A DNA stretch of 64,000 nt from Macrostomum lignano (Eukaryota), in the NCBI GenBank assembly GCA_002269645.1, contig NIVC01000139.1, positions 124,001-188,000 on the forward strand, read 5' to 3'. Made by a program: the position numbers and the translations under genes. The notes beneath the pieces were generated by a model. The model saw nothing but the letters and a program-made list of their open reading frames with translations, searched no databases and was not told the origin of the DNA. Every line of letters begins with the position of its first letter. The first letter of the stretch is position 1. Positions 1 to 11,300 of the stretch are shown here, in pieces.

Positions 1-725
1 CAAAACCATGGTCAGCAGTGCTACGCAACTGTTTTTGCACTGTTTCACTGCATCAGCAGCAAAGTCCAGCTCTTTCAGCCGGTCAGAGGTGGGGCAGTGA
101 ACACCGCAATGACCAACCTGATAACGTCTATGGCGACTTGAGCAAGCGTAGATCAACTTGTCGAAGCTATCCGAAGCCGATATCCGCAGCAGTTTGCGCC
201 AAGACAGCAACAATGCATGAACGAGCTACTACAGTGCATTCTGCCAGATTTTCAGCTGCAGCGTCATTGCCTAATCGAATTTACACTCGTACGTGCGGTA
301 GTTGCCTGACTAGCACGGATGAGCTACCCATAGGAGTTCTGGATTATCGTATCCTCAGCATCTCCTTGCAGGAGTTTTCAACCTCACTGTTAACTCTAGA
401 CGGTCTCTACGCTGCTTTTACGGCACCAAAGCACGTCCCATGCACCAACACCAACTGTGCAGCTGATAGTGTGCAGGGGGATCAGGTCTCTAACGGCAGA
501 GTGACCCTGATGCATATAGATCGCATTGGAACCGATGGTCAAAAACTGAATACACAAGTCTGGTGGACAAGCCGAGCAGGTAACATCTCCAGCTTGGGAT
601 GTCCAATATTCACAGTGTCCCATTACGGTAGTACGCCCTTGGAAGGGCACTATACATCTTGTGTCCTGAAAGATGGAGTATAGAATAAGCTGGACGACAT
701 GAGAGTTCAAAGAAACTACAATCCA
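1..725 (+). pseudogene. Decayed ubiquitin-specific protease (USP/C19) catalytic domain, 5' end cut by the window edge
   Basis: Frame 1 from base 1 reads QNHGQQCYATVFALFHC (Cys box N-x-G-x-x-C-Y). ORF 18-683 carries CGSC..LSISL..C-x-x-x-x-C..LMHIDR..KLNT and the His box VSHYGSTPLEGHYTS, continuing GV*NKLDD (expected W replaced by TAG). A frameshift separates the Cys box from the rest. No introns seen. Confidence 0.65.
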
Positions 726-868
726 TTCGTTCATGAGCAATCTTTTATTACCTTAGTAGCCCTGCTGCAAGTATAAAGAGACCCATGGGATCATCTGCGA
801 GCATGTTTACACTATAACCCTTTCTGCAAACTAATAACCATACTGCTTCATTTCGTTTAAAAAAAGCA

Positions 869-1376
869 TCCGGAGCTGAACTTCGGGCTCCATTCCAGAG
901 CCTTAAGTTGACATGAGATCCCCATTTTATCCCCTTTATCCCCTGGGACCCCAAGGGAGGGACCGGGATGGGATGTCTCGGCGATTCTAGTCGTCCAGGC
1001 CGACAAGTTATCGATTGCAGTCGGTTTGGTCCGGAGCTGAACTTCGGGCTCCATTCCAGAGCCTTAAGTTGACATGAGATCCCCATTTTATCCCCTTTAT
1101 CCCCTGGGACCCCAAGGGAGGGACCGGGATGGGATGTCTCGGCGATTCTAGTCGTCCAGGCCGACAAGTTATCGATTGCAGTCGGTTTGGTCCGGAGCTG
1201 AACTTCGGGCTCCATTCCAGAGCCTTAAGTTGACATGAGATCCCCATTTTATCCCCTTTATCCCCTGGGACCCCAAGGAAGGGACCGGGATGGGATGTCT
1301 CGGCGATTCTTGTCGTCCAGGCCGACAAGTTATCGATTGCAGTCGGTTTGGTCCGGAGCTGAACTTCGGGCTCCAT
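869..1376. repeat. 161-bp tandem repeat, 3 full units plus a partial fourth
   Basis: TCCGGAGCTGAACTTCGGGCTCC starts at 869, 1030, 1191 and 1352 (period 161); units near-identical. Confidence 0.97.
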
Positions 1377-1742
1377 TTTGATGCTAAGTTGACATCCCCT
1401 TTCCGTTCTCCTTCAGGATGCGTTCTGCGTTGCGGAAGTTCGACTGCCTTCCTGCAAGATCCACAGCGATTCCCTGTGGAAGAAGCTGACGACCAAGTTC
1501 ACACAAGTGCGACTGCATCACTGTTGCAGACTGCAGACTCAACAGTTCGATGCAGCCTAGTCTAAAACTGAAGCCTGTCGAAAGTAAAATAAACTTTAAT
1601 TAAGCATTAAACTGCCGCTAAAACAAAAGCCAACCAACTTCTCCGTGGAGAGTCCACATATTTCTCAGCTAGGAATGTTTTCTTAGCGAATCATAGCTCC
1701 TTTTTCGATTTCGAATGAAAGCTCAAAATCCACTAGAGAATA

Positions 1743-2200
1743 TATAGCATTTTGCAGCCCATTTGGGCTTACGCGCATTTAATTTAATCCAAGATACGTT
1801 TGCCAATGTAACAGAGCAGTTGGACCTGAGGCTCTCGAGCAACTTTCCTTGGCGATTGCCACCCTTTCGAATCCCCTTTCGAGAGTTTCAACGCGCTGCT
1901 GGATGCTGTAAGCCACCTTTTCTTTTACATTCAGCAACCTTGCAATGTCCTTTGGGTGTTCACCTCCGTCGAGTGCTTCGATCACAAGCCAATGACATTC
2001 GTTCAACAGCCTAGCATATGGTCCACAATTCTGGGACTGAGCTGCAAATGAACTAAATGGACCAAATTGATGCTTGTTGGACCAAATTAAATGCAGCTGT
2101 GCCAGCCTTGCTACCATAGACAAAAGCTCCATTACATTGACAAACATATCTTGGATTAAATTCAATGCGCGTAAGCCCAAATGGGCTGCAAAAAGCTATA
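1743..2200 (-). mobile_element. Non-autonomous Tc1/mariner-type element (internally deleted)
   Basis: ~70-bp terminal inverted repeats (TATAGC..TTGCAGCCCATTTGGGCTTACGCGCATT / AATGCGCGTAAGCCCAAATGGGCTGCAAAAAGCTATA), TA at both ends. Minus strand retains an HTH-like segment WLVIEALDGGEHPKDIARLLNVKEKVAYSIQQR. Confidence 0.75.
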
Positions 2201-2622
2201 TTTATGACAGTTAGGCTAGTCGCCTTTATTGTCCTTTCCAATTACCATAGACGATTGGCTGATTATCTTTACTGCTCTTCCAAAGTGCACTAGACAGAAG
2301 GAAGAATTGACTAGAAATCCGGCAACAATCATATTTTATACAAAAGGTGACAATAACGACATAGATTCTTTCACGGCATTCTTGCTTGCGGACGTGCGCA
2401 AAAAATTACGAGCACCGTGTTTGTTACCCATGCTCTCTGAGGCAGCCATACTGTAATCGAGAAAATGTTGATGGAATGACTTACTTTAATTTACGTATTG
2501 GCTAAAAGCATTTAACTTTTCTCCTGCCGCCTTCCGATCTCTGCTGCTCGTGTTTCCAACCATAGACAGTAAAAGGCAGTGTTGGGCAAAGTTCCAGCAC
2601 TTCCGGCGCTTTTAGTACCAGA

Positions 2623-3694
2623 CAGGGAAGCATCTATGGTCGTTGCGCTCCCCAGGAAGGGACACTCACCCACCCCATTCTACTCCGCTATACAAGTTTA
2701 GGGGCATGGTATAGAATGAAATGATGGTGCTGCTCATCGATTTCTCACAAAAGCACTTTGTACGCAAACTTTTGGAACACCTCTCGTATTTCATAGCTTG
2801 CTATCTGGAAAAAGAATACATACACACCCTGAGCTTCTGGAAAAAATGGATCTCTGCAATACCCCGAAAGTGGACAGCAGCAGAGTTGGAGAAGTTGCGC
2901 AGCGATCCAAAGCACAACTACCGGATCGGCTCGCTGAGTTTTTCAGAAAGGTTATTTGTAAACAAACTCTCAGGACTCCAACTCCAGCCGCAAGCGCTCC
3001 GAAAATTTGCAAATGCAGATGGACAGGCAAAGAAGCTGAAAAATCGACGGTTGACTTCTGATACGGTACCCAGCATCTTTCCAAACGCGCCATCCTACTT
3101 CAGCAAAACTGTTCCTGAGGAGTGACCTACCACAATGACATCTGCTCAGACTCGGCGAGAGAGTGCCATGCGTCGCTGCGAGGATGAGGCAGAAACATTT
3201 TGAAGTCAGAACTATCTGAGAAATGAGCTATAGCTCTGATGTATACTCGTAGTAGACTTAGCTTTTGTTTTATAGAGTCATATAAAGTGCTATTTTTATA
3301 CAGCATGCCCCAGCACGTTTCTGCTTTCTAGGTAAGTTAATTGACTGTCCTTTGCTAAAGTATTACCTAAGGGTATTCATTTCATTGTTGTTTCATTATG
3401 TTTGCATGGTCCGAAGGGTTGTAAAGTATTTTTCTCGCACTAACAAAAGGAAAGTTTTGTGAGTAATACAACTTAACCTTAGAGACCTAAAGTTCTGAAT
3501 GTTTTGCGTTGAACAGTGCAAACCGCATCTTTCTATGACTGTTAGTTAAAAAGTTATCAGTCATAGAAAAGAAAAAACTGCATTTTCCTATTCATTCACT
3601 GCTTTCCAATTGGTCTTAATTGTACCCTTAAACTTGTATGCTGCCTAAACTAGTGTCCCTTCCTGGGGAGCGCAGCGACCATAGAGGCTTCCCG
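2623..3694 (+). mobile_element. Non-autonomous P-superfamily element with THAP remnant
   Basis: 8-bp TSD GTACCAGA at 2615-2622 and 3695-3702; ~42-bp TIR (CAGGGAAGCATCTATGGTCGTTGCGCTCCCCAGGAAGGGACACT and its inverse at 3652-3694); internal THAP-like residues. Confidence 0.85.
2721..3125 (+). pseudogene. Truncated THAP-domain remnant of a P-element transposase
   Basis: KWISAIPR..RIGSLSF..RLTSDTVPSIFPN matches the THAP W, C-x-x-H-F (degenerate) and AVPTIF-like motifs; N-terminal cysteines and catalytic domain absent. Confidence 0.65.
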
Positions 3695-4172
3695 GTACCA
3701 GAAGTTACTTTTTAAGAGCGGCCTTTTTCCGGTTTTTTGGAATGCTGGACGGTAACGGAAGTTAGGTAACGGAAGTTAATTTTTGATAAACCCGATACTT
3801 CCGGTGCTTGAAAATTAAAATTCGGTGCTAAACTGCCACCAGTACTAAATATTTCTCAATAGTGCAAAGCTTTCACCAAAATACAACTATAAAAGTTAAA
3901 AAGAGATGATTAAGAGAAACTTAACTTTGGGGCCCCAAAATGCTGTGCAATTAAATTTTCTTTAAGGATTGAAAAGTATTATCCTTTTGTGCTTTTGTTT
4001 CTTTTGCTTATAAATTGATTCGCTTAACCCAACTCATTCAGCAACAAGACACGCTAGAAACTATAAAAATCGTTGATTACCGAGTTCTTGCAAATATTCT
4101 AACAGGACCACTGCACCAGCAGTAGTATATCAGAACGCTATCCAGATGCACTCGTATTCGTGAAAAAATGTT

Positions 4173-4590
4173 TTAAAGGAACACGGACGGAGACACCTTG
4201 ATGCCGTACGGCAGCCTGTTAAAGCGGTAGCAGCCGAAAGGGATATTGATCGTGGTGATGTCCTTTGACCCATTTTCGAGCAGAACCTGGTAGTAAGCGT
4301 CAGATAAATCCAGTCGGCAGAACAACTTCTTGTTTGCCATCTTTGAGAAGGCTGTCTCGATGGACGGAGTCAAATACGTCTGATCCTGCACCCACTGATT
4401 GACAGCAGTGTAATCTCCGCAGATCCTCACGGACATTTGTCGGACTTCACCGTCACCAATATGGGGCTGCCCCACTCTGAGGACGTCCGTCACCTTCTCA
4501 ACTATGCCCGCCTTCTCCATCAAGTCCAGCTCCTTCTTCACCAGTGGACGCAGCGCCAGCGGCAACTCTCTGGCTGGTTGGAAAATCGAG
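4173..4590 (-). pseudogene. Inverted N-terminal RT fragment of a Ty3/Gypsy pol
   Basis: ARELPLALRPLVKKELDLMEKAGIVEKV..VRICGDY..RLDLSDAYYQV..FNRLPYGIKVSPSVF; truncated before the YxDD motif. Confidence 0.9.
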
Positions 4591-4594
4591 CAGT

Positions 4595-6200
4595 CGCTGG
4601 GCGCGGTTCTGGTGCAGTCAGGGCACCCAGTCATGTACCTCTCTCGGGCTCTGACCAAGTCTGAGGCCAACTACTCCAACATTGAGAGAGAGGCACTGGC
4701 CATTGTTTGGGCAGTGGAGCAAGCGCGCAAGATGCTTCTGGGAAAGAGGTTCACGCTCCAGACTGACCACGAGCCACTGAAGTACATCTTCCATCCCAAC
4801 AAAAATCTTCCTAAAACAGTGTCAACTAGACTAACTCGCTGGGCTCTGCGACTATCTGCTTTTGACTACGAGGTGGAGTATGTGCCGGGAAGACTGATGG
4901 TTGATGCAGATGCCCTGTCTCGTTTGAGTTTTGCTGCCCAAGACCCTCCGAGTGACGCTGTGCACCAGCTGGAGCATGAGGAGGTCGTGTCAGAAGGAGC
5001 TCTGGTGACTCTGCAGGATCTTCGTGACGGAACCAGGATGTGCGCGTTGATGAAGCGGCTGCAGCAGAGGATCCGAACGGGCCGGTGGGGCCAGGTGTCG
5101 CAGGTGGAGAGGCTGTACAAAGCGTGCCGGGAGGCGCGGTCGGTGGAAGACGGTCTGGTGATCCACGGAACCAGAATTGTGCCCCCACCTGTTCTCCGCA
5201 GGCGCATTTTGGAGGTGGCGCACGACGAGGTGCATCCGAGCGCCGACAACACCAAGGCGCACATCTCCAAGGAGTTCTGGTGGCCGGGTCCCGATCGCGA
5301 TGTTCGCAGCTTTGTGGAGCGCTGCCAGCAGTGCTCAGAAACTCGGCCAGTCCTGCAGCGGAGAATCGACACCTGGCCAGCCGAGAGTGAGCCGTGGTGC
5401 CGGGTTCACATGGACCATTGTGAGATTTCTGGTGTCGGCCTGCTGCTGCTGTTGTCGGACTCATACTCGGGGTGGCCTGAGGCGATCCAGGTGCCAGACC
5501 GAACTGCGGACAGTGTCCTGCGGGTTCTGAGAGCGGTGTTCGCCAGGAACGGAGTGCCTCGGACGCTGGTGTCGGACAATGCTCCGGAGTTCAAGTTAGA
5601 GAAAGTGTCCCAGTGGCTGCGCAGCATCGGGTGCCAGGAGCTGCACACTCCGCCGTACCATCCGGCCTCGAACGGTCAGGCAGAAAGGCTGGTGAGGATC
5701 ATCAAGGATGGACTCAAGGCGTGGACGAAGATGGTGCCTTTCGACCACTTCCTGCAGAAACTGCTGCTGACGATCAGGACCAGCCGGTCCAGTGGAAATC
5801 GAGCGGCATCTCCGGACGTTCTAATGTGGGGTCGTCGCCTTCGCCACCCGCTAACCATGACTGAGCAGGTGGGTGACCCAATTTGGCTGAGGATGCGTCC
5901 GGGATCCTCGCCGGTTCCGGCCAAGTTCGTGGTGCAGCACGGCCAGAACACAGCGCTGGTAGCCCCTGCGGGCCAATCGGACGGCGGCCTGCGGCTGACG
6001 CACTCGAATCAGTGAACTGGCCGGCCGAGTGCGCCTGGGTCGCTTGAGGAGGCCGAACCTGAGTCGGAGTTGCCGGAGCAGCTTCCTGGCGCCAAGGTTG
6101 AGCAACTCTCTAATCCGGAGCCAACGGCGGCGCCCATGACCAGCGGCCGGAGGGAGCCGTACGAGCTTCGGCCGCGCCAGCCTGTCTGCTATAAAGACTA
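4595..6200 (+). pseudogene. Ty3/Gypsy RNase H plus integrase fragment
   Basis: LGAVL..SRALTKSEANYSNIEREALAIVWAV..TDHEPL..DADALSRL (RNase H); H..H..C-x-x-C zinc finger, VSDNAPEF and SNGQAERLV (integrase core) in ORF 4504-6015. Confidence 0.92.
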
Positions 6201-6276
6201 GTGACTCTTTGTGACTGTACTTGACTCTGATTTTGTTCTGCTGGTTTCAGTCTTTGTTTGCTTTTGCGGGGGGCAG

Positions 6277-6552
6277 TGTTGGGCCTGGTGCCTGGGGAGG
6301 TTGGCCGTGCGCTTTTACTCCGTGTATTGTTTGTGATTTTAACCCCGTGCGTGTGCCCTTTGTCTGGGCACACGCTCTTTGCACGTCTCTGCTCTATCGT
6401 GACTTTAATGTACACTGTTGGTGTTTTAGCCCTTGGGTTGGGGGGCTGCTATTGAACCTCGCTTATAATAAATCGTATCGTTGTTTGTCAGTGCACTTGG
6501 CACTTTCGTCTCGCCTCGCATACTCTTTACTCTCGACCTTCTCCGTTTAACA
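6277..6552 (+). mobile_element. 3' LTR of the rearranged Gypsy element
   Basis: Purine tract GCGGGGGGCAG directly before TGTT at 6277; ends AACA at 6552; AATAAA near 6466. No matching 5' LTR seen in the window. Confidence 0.65.
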
Positions 6553-6667
6553 CTTAACTCTAGACCAACGCACGTTTTTGTTTTTTTTTTCACAAAGAAA
6601 AGCCTAAGCACTTTCTAATTCGTGGTTCTTTAAAATTAGAAAGAACCCACTGAGAAAGGGTACATAG

Positions 6668-6955
6668 AAACGACCTCGAAACAACATCAAGATATCGATT
6701 TCATGTCGTTTTTTAAAAAATGAAAATGGGATCGAAAAAATGATTATATTGCATAATTGTCCGTTTTTAGCCTTTTTTATATTTATTTGGCTTAAATTGG
6801 GTATTTTTCCATGTCGTTAGTAAGTCGTTTTGTACGACATAAAAGTATTTTGTCGTATCAATGTCGAAACGACATACATACGACGTCGAAACGATATAAA
6901 TACGATGTCGAAACGACGTAGTAGGGCGGGGACGAACCACGACGTCGAAACGACA
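6668..6955. repeat. Cluster of degenerate (AC)GACGTCGAAACGAC motifs, probably the subterminal array of a non-autonomous DNA element
   Basis: GTCGAAACGA(C/T) recurs at least four times at 6860-6955, with related and inverted GTCGTT motifs upstream. Confidence 0.5.
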
Positions 6956-7635
6956 TCACAAAGCCATGTGATCGGCGTGAGAGTTGTGTGGACGACAAAA
7001 AAGGCTTCGGTTAAAAGCCGAATAGAAATGCACAGTTAAAATGCATGCTAAAACGAAGCCCATTCTCAAATCGTTAGCTGGCTAGACATGTTCACAAAGG
7101 GTCTCTCAGCCAACAGAGGCTAAGCGCAAAAACAACTGGTGATCGGTAGCGATGATAAATGTGCAGGCGAAGAAGATAGGTAGCGTCGTAAGTGGTGTGC
7201 GGCCCCAGAAGATTGCAAAACACTTCTCGTTCGATTTTAGAGTAATTCTCCCGGCAAATAGATTTTGATTTCCTTTCTACAATATTTACATTTATGCACT
7301 TGTAACATTCGTCGATATTATTATTTGTGTAATAACGTTGCAAACCTTTTCAAACAAGCAAATTAAGCCCAAGTTAAATAGTAATCACACTGAATTGGTC
7401 AATTTTTTGAAGCGCCAGTAGTTAGCAGTACCAGAAAATTCACCTCCAAACAACATTGGGATGGACAGTAGCTCGCAGCGAATCGGAATCGCCGTTGCTC
7501 CACCACGCAGACCAATCAGTTGCTGGGCTGTCTGAGCTATAGAGAAAGGATCCTGAGAGATTCGGACTGACGCTACCGAACATAGAGTCCATTACTGTTT
7601 TCTGCGACTTCTGTTCTGAGATCCTCAGTATCATC

Positions 7636-8375
7636 ATGGGAGCGGAAGTTCTGCTCACCTTGGTGCGGCTTCTCGGCTTAGGTGCTAGCGGTCAGCTAAA
7701 AGCAGAAGACGATCTCGACTGGCTCTGTTCCCGCCTGACCCCTAGCCTTTTCGTCATCCTGGCTAGCGTGGTGGGGGTCCGGCAATACGTATTCACACCG
7801 ATTCAGTGCTTGGTGCCGAAGGAGTTTGATAAGTCATGGGAAGAGTACGCCGAGAACCTGTGCTGGGTGGAAGGCACGTATTTCAATGCCTCGCGCCCAG
7901 TTGAGGAGGGCCCACCGAGGCTGCAGGATGAGCGGCGGTCGGCGGTGCTGCCGTATTATCAGTGGGTCCCGATAGTACTCAGCCTGCAAAGCATGGGATT
8001 CTATTTGCCGCATCTATTCTGGAAAGTTGCTGCCAAACCACTTCACTCGGCAGTGCAGACGGCTGCAAAGGCCGCACGGGACTGGGATGGTGATGGCCTT
8101 AGCGACTCCGGACGGCTGGCACAGAGGGTGGCGGTATTGAGCAGACAAGTCGAGCCACTACTAGGCCGCAGCACCACCTACAGCCAGCTGGGCAAGTGCC
8201 CTAGCAGATTTTCTGCGCTGTACCTTTTCTACAAGCTATTGTACATTATCAACTGTCTGTGCCAGCTGCTGCTCATGCAGGGATTCCTCGGACTACCCAG
8301 CCTTTACTTCGGCTTTTCTTTGCTGCTTGACGCCAGCTCTGGCCGGAATTGGCAGCTCAGTGGTCACTTTCCCAG
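7636..8375 (+). CDS. Innexin (gap-junction protein), exon 1
   Basis: DDLDWLCSRLT..RQYVFTPIQCLVPKEF..EEYAENLCWVEGTYF..PYYQWVP innexin signature..GHFPR; GT donor CCCAG|GTGAG at 8375/8376. Confidence 0.95.
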
Positions 8376-11300
8376 GTGAGAACTGTCGATTTGACGCCCG
8401 TTACTTTAGCAGAAGCAGGACAGGTTCAGGTTCAGACACCAATGCTATGCCTGTAAAGTCGTAATCGACTATTAAAATTAAAGCATACACCGGTCGAATT
8501 TCTTTATTACTATCCTTTAGAGCTACAAGAACGTAAAATATATTTTTAACGCTGTTTTAGAAATATAAAAATTCCCAAAATCTTGCAAAAGCGTTTAACG
8601 ATCTCATCTCATCATCTCATTTTCCATTTCTCTCGCCAAAATAAGTATCTCAAATAAACCCACCAAAATGCCCATTATTCTTTCTTCAGCTAACGTAGCC
8701 ATGCTGACTGTGCTTTATCAGTTGCTGTGTGCATCGCAGAAAATTCTAAAATCCAAATCAAGATCCAATAAGTGACTTCACTCAAGCCTCGGGCCAATCA
8801 AAGCACATTCTTCGCGTACAGGGATACATGGATGGAGTAGCTGAATACTTTTCGATGCTACTCTTCCTCCGACGCAAGTATGATGGCCCTGATGATCCAG
8901 AATCGTCAGAAATCAGGAAGTTACTCAGACTATAGGAATTCCATAGGATTCGTCAATCGGTGAATATATTTGAGTGGGAGGGGAGGAGGTCGGACCAAAA
9001 ATCTCTCAATTCGATCAAGTATCTGCTGCATTCAGATTACACTTTAGCGCGTTATTCCCTAGCCTGTACGTAATAACTACTGTATTTATTTACCTCACAA
9101 ATTCTGTCCAGCCGAGCTCGTGGCGGGCAATGAATCCCCTGGTTGTTCGGATTCTTGTTAGGGTAGTGAAATATCCGCCCTGAAAACAGGCGTATTTCTC
9201 TCCTGGTTTCCACTTTATTGGGTCGATTCGTACTGTGAAAACACAGATTTTTGGTCACTTTTTAAGGAACACGAACGAAGCAAGGAAAGAAACTATTGCA
9301 GCCCCCCTAAAAGCCCCAAAACACCCTCAAAGTTTGCCAGACCGAAAGGCAAACTAGAGGTGATGGAAAGACCCAGTGGGCTGGGGGGGGGGGGCGAAGA
9401 ACTATTTGTGTGGGAGCTGGTGTGCTTTTGGGGCTACAGTATATAGAATGGCCCGGCCCCAGTGCCCCAATCCCGTGCTTAAATCGCGTTTGACTTCGCA
9501 CCCCGGGGCTATCCGAGGCCGGGCGCGTGGTGGTAGCTGATGGATGGCCGCCGATGATGCGGTCAGGAACTGGCGCGCAGCCTGCATGGCTGTTGGGCTT
9601 CATCTACAATTTATCCACAGCGAGCTGTTTGATTTACCAACGAACACTCGTCAATGCTTGATTACAGTGGCTACCGGGGGTATCTAAGCGTGAATAAATC
9701 GAAGGTGAATAAGTAACTCTAAGCAAACTGGCTCGTATATCAATGAATGTCAACTTAGGCTATGGAATGAAACCGTGTTGTAATTTTTTCTCCAGGCAAA
9801 ACAAACTGGAATCGATGGCTGTCGGACTGCTTGCATATAGGAGATATAGCGCAGAGACAGACACCAATTGAACGTGGAGAACCTGTAAATTCAATCCGAT
9901 TTAGGGTTAAAGCAACCTGCTGACTATTTAATGTCATGAGCAGATAGTAATGGGACACAGTTTACGCTGTGTCCCCCTGGTTTGCGTGTATATATTAAGG
10001 GGTGTCTTCGGGGGTTGTCGCAATAGATAGGATGAATATACGCGTCTCGGCTTGTAAGCCGGCAAATTGCTACTATTGACAAACACGTTTCCAGTCTTCA
10101 CATTGGTGACAGCGTGTTATGTCCAGTGCCGAGTCATCCCCAGCACTACGCTAGTCGCGTAAGGATAGACTGAATCGCAGTTTTGGTGAAGACGTGTCCC
10201 TGCCCCTTGGATTGATTGCCTTCCGAGAGCATGTGTGCCTAGTAATGGAGAACGTGGAGAACCTGAATAGTCAGTCCGATTTTAGGTTACAGAGACCTGC
10301 TATTTAATGACAAATAAAATAATTAGGCTGCGAGCTTACGAACGAGCGAAGAATGCTAATTAGTTCGAAAAAAGGGCATCACACGAGTACTCGTAGATGG
10401 CATCTGAAACGTAAAAGACCGCTAAAGAAACCCGTTACTCTTTGCATGAAATGCCATTCTGTTATCAGCTGCAGGCATCTGATGCAGTATAAGGCAGGCT
10501 GGAAGAGATAAGCTGCGGGTTGTAGCATTGAAATCATAAGATTCTCCGGCGCAGCAAAGCCTACTATGATGAAGTGATGGGTGTTGAAGAGGAAGTTGTT
10601 GCATACCCTTGAAATGCTGAAGTAGATGGCTGCGCATCCAGAATGTAGCCCACAGGTACGAGACATTGCAAGAGTGCAGCAGCTACTCTAAGCCGCCATT
10701 GAGATCTCAGCTGTACGAGTTTACTAGCAGTCCATATACTAAAAATGGTCTGTCGGTAGGTAGGTATATGCGTTCGATTTTAGCAAAAACGGCTGAACCG
10801 ATTTTCTTCGAACTGGTCGCGCGTATATGATTAATATTCGCCAGGGCGCCAATTCATCAGCCTGGCTGTAGTAGTAGAGGCAACGTGGTGGTGCCCAATT
10901 AAGCACTTGCCAGCTGTGTCAGTCAACAGACAGCCAGCCCACTGTGTTAGTTTGCGCCTCTGTCTGGGTATACTTGTGCAGATTCGAATCAAAATGCAAC
11001 TTTTCGTAACAGAGCTTGGTGGAAAGAGGGGTACGGGTGCAGAGTTCTGGAATTCCTGGGATGCAAACAGGTGCAGCAAAGCAAGGAGCGAGCAGGTAGT
11101 TGGTGGTTCGACTTGCCGGAGATTCCCATGTAGCTGGCAGCTGCCAATTTGCCCGGATCCGCAAGCAGTTGAATGGCTTTGTAGTGTAATTTTCACTCTC
11201 AAGTTTTGTTGCAGGATTTTCGTACCCTATCAAAGAAATGTAGTACATGTATAGTACGAGCTTACTTCGATACATAGATGTGTCAGGAAAAATAAGGTGG

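Noticed and set aside
869-1376. CRISPR-like array or real protein from ORFs 748-1215, 857-1054, 1008-1376
   Set aside because: Units are contiguous with no unique spacers, context is eukaryotic, and the ORFs are just translations of the repeat.
4826-6105. Overlapping minus-strand and off-frame ORFs in the Gypsy and LINE regions (also 17-22 kb and 45-47 kb)
   Set aside because: Expected stop-poor shadows of GC-rich retroelement coding sequence; no recognisable motifs.
9900-9909. Telomeric repeat
   Set aside because: A single TTAGGGTTA, no array.
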